In this document: positions 26,194 to 29,014 of the stretch, piece after piece | Layout of the letters: every line of letters starts with the position of its first letter | Numbering within the stretch: the first letter of the stretch is position 1 | Source: an uncultured archaeon | GTDB lineage: Archaea; Iainarchaeota; Iainarchaeia; Iainarchaeales; CSSED10-239 | Assembly (NCBI GenBank): GCA_964496765.1 | Contig: CAZCAP010000003.1 | Span: forward strand, 68,954-97,967 | Length of the DNA stretch: 29,014 nt | Direction: 5' to 3' | The notes under the pieces: generated by a model | Told to the model about the DNA's origin: nothing | The model's database searches: none | What the model saw: the letters and a program-made list of their open reading frames with translations, nothing else | Translations under genes and position numbers: made by a program

Positions 26194-26213
26194 TTTTTAT
26201 TTTTTAAAAAAAA
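26194..26213. terminator. Candidate bidirectional terminator between convergent genes
   Basis: TTTTTATTTTTT is followed directly by AAAAAAAA in the 32-nt spacer. This gives an oligo-T tract on each strand just after each stop codon. Confidence 0.45.
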
Positions 26214-26223
26214 GTAAGCTAAT

Positions 26224-28464
26224 TTAATCAATCTTAAGTTTCTCAGTTGCCTTGTAATTATTAAGTGCAATCTTAAACTCAACATAGTCCTTTGGAGGCT
26301 TCTTACAAAGTCCATCTATGAAGTTCTTTCTAGAAGTAATTAGTGCAAGTAAATCATTTGGCTCAATATTGTGCTCTCTGGAGATGTCCTTTAATAAATC
26401 AGAATTGTAAATTATTGGAAGTTTTGTAGTAAATAGGTCTCCTTCCTTTTGTTCAGGTTCTTTCTCATAGGATTTGTAGATTGCATTGTATTCAACCTTT
26501 CTAGTTTTAACATTAAATCCACGTATCTCATCTAATTCCTTAACTTCTCTGTTCATTTCATCGCTACCCTTGAAACCAGTAACTATAACAATATCCAGAC
26601 AGGTTAATAGTGATGGATCAAGTGAGATAGGGGGCGTTGTTAGTCTGGTTACTAAATTTTCCACGCTTTTTGAGTGCACAGTTGATAGTGAACAGTGACC
26701 TGATGCCATACCCTGGAACATAAGAGACATTTCTTCTCCTCTAACTTCACCAAGGATTAGATAATCTGGTCTTTGTCTAAATGATTCCTTTAGAAGATCC
26801 AGCATGGTTACTTCACCATATTTTTTACCAGTTGTATCTGGTGGACCAAAACCAGGTCTTGTAATCTGTGGAATCCAGTTATCCATTAATAGATTAATTT
26901 CTCTAGTGTCTTCAATTGAAACTACTCTCTGTGCAGGCGGAATAAATGATGATATTACATTCAGTAATGTTGTTTTTCCACCAGCTGTTGGTCCAATCAA
27001 TATCATATTCTTTTTGAATTCAAGTGCAGTCCATAGATATGCTGCAATGGTTGAGTTTAATGTTCCTGAATTAATTAAATCAATTGTTGTTAATGGTTTT
27101 TCAGGAAACTTTCTAATTGTAAAGGTTGGACCTCTGGTTGATACATTGCTTGTTAGGGTTGCATTTACACGAGAACCATCTGGAAGTATTGCATCAAGTA
27201 ATGGGGATGCATAGGACACATAGCTCTTACAAAGGTGTGCCATTTTAATTATAAATTGTTGTAGTTCTTTTTCAGTATCAAATTGTAGGTTTGTTACAAT
27301 GTGTCCATATTTACGATGAACAATAAATATTGGTATTCCTATTCCATTACATTCAACATCTTCAATTAACGTATCATGCATTAATGCTTCTATTCTATCA
27401 AGTCCATTAACCTGTCTAATAATGTAATAAACTATTTTATCTTTTTGTGCTTTATTTATTTTAACTTTATTTTTAGTAAATAGCTTTTCTATCATCTCAT
27501 ACATTTGCCCTTCGTTTGTAAGATCAGCAAGGGAAATCTTATTAATTAATGATGTTTTTGTTTCTTCTAATATTTTGGCTTCTTCCTTTGTTAACTCTGG
27601 TTCTGCAACCGTATATCTCTTTGCAGTGTTTCCCATTTCCTGTATAAATGCATATGCAAACCCAGGGATTAAAACCTGATAGTTCTCTGGTAGCAAATCC
27701 TTTGGAACCTCAAACTCTGGCATTTCAACAACAATCTTTGGTTTTTCTACTGGTTTTTTAGCAGCATCTGTTTTCTTGTTTTTTATAAATAAATCATTAA
27801 GACTATTAAATATGGAACTTGTAGGTTTTTTCTCTATTACCTGTATCTTCTTTTCAACCTTTGGTATATCTGGGCTTACTGTCTTTGGACTAATAATAGG
27901 TTCTGTAATTATAACAGGTTTGTTTGTTTCCTCTCTTCTTGATGCCTTGCCTGTTGACATAGTTATTTGAGCTGTTGGAACATTATCTTCAGTTTCAGCT
28001 ATAATTGGAGCCTTTGGCTTAACAGCAACTGTGGTCACTGGCATCTTACTTTTTGGGGTTTCCTGAATTACAGGAGTTATTTGTTTTTGTGTTTCTTCTT
28101 TTGGTTTCTCTTCTCCAGGAATAGTTGATTTTAGTTTTCTACCACTTAATAATTTTAGTACTCCACTGGATCTGTTCTTTAGCTTGTATTTTTTTAATCC
28201 ACTAATTCCAAAGTCAGTTGCAATTTCCGTTAGTAAATTATTATACTTTATGATTTCACTAATTATTTTGCTGTCCAGTGCTTTAGAAGTAGTTAATAGA
28301 TTTTTGGTTTTAAGAGAAGTATAGGCATTCTTCTCTGAAACTTTTTTATTAATTAGTTTTTTGAAGATATCATAGTCTTCTTTGTTCCTACTTGCTTCTA
28401 AGGCTTTAAGAGAGCCTATGCTCTTGATAAATTCCTTTAGTTTTTCGTTTTTGGGAAATTGCAT
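26224..28464 (-). CDS. Type II/IV secretion-family ATPase (archaeal FlaI/ArlI / PilB-like) with a long N-terminal extension
   Basis: 746 aa. From about residue 262 the core matches the FlaI pattern: YTVAEPELTKEE, LPDGSRVNAT, FTIRKF, Walker A GPTAGGKTT, Asp box SIEDTREI, Walker B RQRPDYLILGEVRGEE and His box GHCSLSTVHS. Residues 1 to about 250 are an extra helical segment plus a Pro/Lys/Thr/Val-rich region. Confidence 0.9.
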   Translation of the reverse strand: MQFPKNEKLKEFIKSIGSLKALEASRNKEDYDIFKKLINKKVSEKNAYTSLKTKNLLTTSKALDSKIISEIIKYNNLLTEIATDFGISGLKKYKLKNRSSGVLKLLSGRKLKSTIPGEEKPKEETQKQITPVIQETPKSKMPVTTVAVKPKAPIIAETEDNVPTAQITMSTGKASRREETNKPVIITEPIISPKTVSPDIPKVEKKIQVIEKKPTSSIFNSLNDLFIKNKKTDAAKKPVEKPKIVVEMPEFEVPKDLLPENYQVLIPGFAYAFIQEMGNTAKRYTVAEPELTKEEAKILEETKTSLINKISLADLTNEGQMYEMIEKLFTKNKVKINKAQKDKIVYYIIRQVNGLDRIEALMHDTLIEDVECNGIGIPIFIVHRKYGHIVTNLQFDTEKELQQFIIKMAHLCKSYVSYASPLLDAILPDGSRVNATLTSNVSTRGPTFTIRKFPEKPLTTIDLINSGTLNSTIAAYLWTALEFKKNMILIGPTAGGKTTLLNVISSFIPPAQRVVSIEDTREINLLMDNWIPQITRPGFGPPDTTGKKYGEVTMLDLLKESFRQRPDYLILGEVRGEEMSLMFQGMASGHCSLSTVHSKSVENLVTRLTTPPISLDPSLLTCLDIVIVTGFKGSDEMNREVKELDEIRGFNVKTRKVEYNAIYKSYEKEPEQKEGDLFTTKLPIIYNSDLLKDISREHNIEPNDLLALITSRKNFIDGLCKKPPKDYVEFKIALNNYKATEKLKID

Positions 28465-28486
28465 ATTCTCTCATTTTTCCCATATT

Positions 28487-28849
28487 TTATTTTTTAACTT
28501 CCTCGACAATTTTTGCTGCATCTTCTATTTCTGTTTTTTGATTATATGCATCCTTAAGTAAATTTAAATTGTCACTAATTGTGTTTACACATTCTGCAAC
28601 TTCGTTCCAGATTTTTTTTCTTTTATTTGTATTGTCTTCTAGATTCTTTTGGTTTAATTCCTGCATGGTTGCGTAAGTAAACTTAGTAATTGTGTCTGCT
28701 TTTAGCTTTTCTTTTGCTCTTTTAATTTCTTCATCGATCTTTTCTTTTTGATCTTCGAAAGTTCTAAGCATTTCAAGCTTTGCTGTGATATCATTACTTC
28801 TGTTTTCAATAACGTCCAAGAGTCCTACTATATCTACCATAAAATACAC
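28487..28849 (-). CDS. Hypothetical coiled-coil protein upstream of the ATPase
   Basis: 120 aa with heptad-like, Lys/Glu-rich sequence. AGGTG lies 6 nt upstream of the ATG at 28849. The gap to the ATPase start is 22 nt, so co-transcription is likely. Confidence 0.55.
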   Translation of the reverse strand: MYFMVDIVGLLDVIENRSNDITAKLEMLRTFEDQKEKIDEEIKRAKEKLKADTITKFTYATMQELNQKNLEDNTNKRKKIWNEVAECVNTISDNLNLLKDAYNQKTEIEDAAKIVEEVKK

Positions 28850-29014
28850 CTTTTTTCTTTAATTATAATATATTATATTGATAATCTTTTATATCATAAA
28901 ATATATGTTGATATCATTTATAAATATATCTATTTTATATTTTTCATAAAATTATACTCTATTTATATCTGATTCGTTGGGTTCACTCCCTCTCACATAG
29001 CTTATATAGTTCAT

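Noticed and set aside
26486-27970. Three plus-strand ORFs (26486..26698, 26804..27214, 27776..27970) antisense to the secretion ATPase gene
   Set aside because: All three are nested in a strongly supported minus-strand CDS. They show no recognisable motifs and no initiation signals, so they are typical shadow ORFs.
28748-28972. 74-aa plus-strand ORF across the coiled-coil gene start and the AT-rich spacer
   Set aside because: It is Ile/Tyr/Phe-rich low-complexity translation of promoter-like AT-rich DNA and overlaps the minus-strand gene start.
28952-29014. Locally GC-richer sequence at the right edge (CGTTGGGTTCACTCCCTCTCAC), considered as a tRNA/ncRNA fragment or the 3' end of a minus-strand gene
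   Set aside because: I could not build a T-arm or acceptor stem on either strand. A minus-strand frame is open from the window edge to a TAA at 28952..28954 (...NYISYVRGSEPNESDINRV), but 20 codons cannot be evaluated. It remains undecidable from this window.
1-29014. Search for CRISPR arrays, tRNA/rRNA genes, integrases/transposases, toxin-antitoxin pairs or other defence-island hallmarks
   Set aside because: There are no spaced direct repeats, no GC-rich structured-RNA islands of tRNA size, and no recombinase, nuclease or defence-type motifs in any ORF. The window reads as core chromosome rather than an accessory island.

Overview
The window is a visibly AT-rich (about 30% GC by eye), tightly packed archaeal chromosomal segment. 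It holds about 30 protein genes with very short spacers, and several convergent stop codons lie only 1-5 nt apart. I found no rRNA, tRNA, CRISPR array, integrase or transposase. Most genes are information-processing housekeeping genes. Replication: RFC large subunit, PCNA and family-B DNA polymerase. Translation: PheRS alpha and beta, MetRS, aIF5A, MetAP and the 5' end of ABCE1. Also present are the conserved archaeal ftsZ-secE-spt5-rpl11 block, LonB, RNase Z, an MBL-fold hydrolase and an e2b2-type ribose-1,5-bisphosphate isomerase. Composition, compact gene sizes and the many orphan ORFs suggest a small-genome, DPANN-like archaeon, but that is inference only. Six things stand out. (1) An orphan ORF sits between rfcL and ABCE1 and carries a complete JAMM/MPN+ catalytic signature. 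(2) A basic orphan ORF just downstream of polB ends in a PIP-box-like motif that echoes PolB's own C-terminal PIP box. (3) PolB has substitutions at the motif A steric-gate position and at the motif B Asn. (4) A surface-protein gene contains a perfect in-frame 81-bp tandem duplication. (5) A FlaI/PilB-type secretion ATPase carries a roughly 250-aa N-terminal extension, has no visible FlaJ/TadC or pilin partner, and lies beside orphan membrane, secreted and coiled-coil proteins. (6) An extra 97-aa basic ORF is inserted in the ftsZ-secE junction. All functional calls come from reading motifs by eye; no database search was possible.
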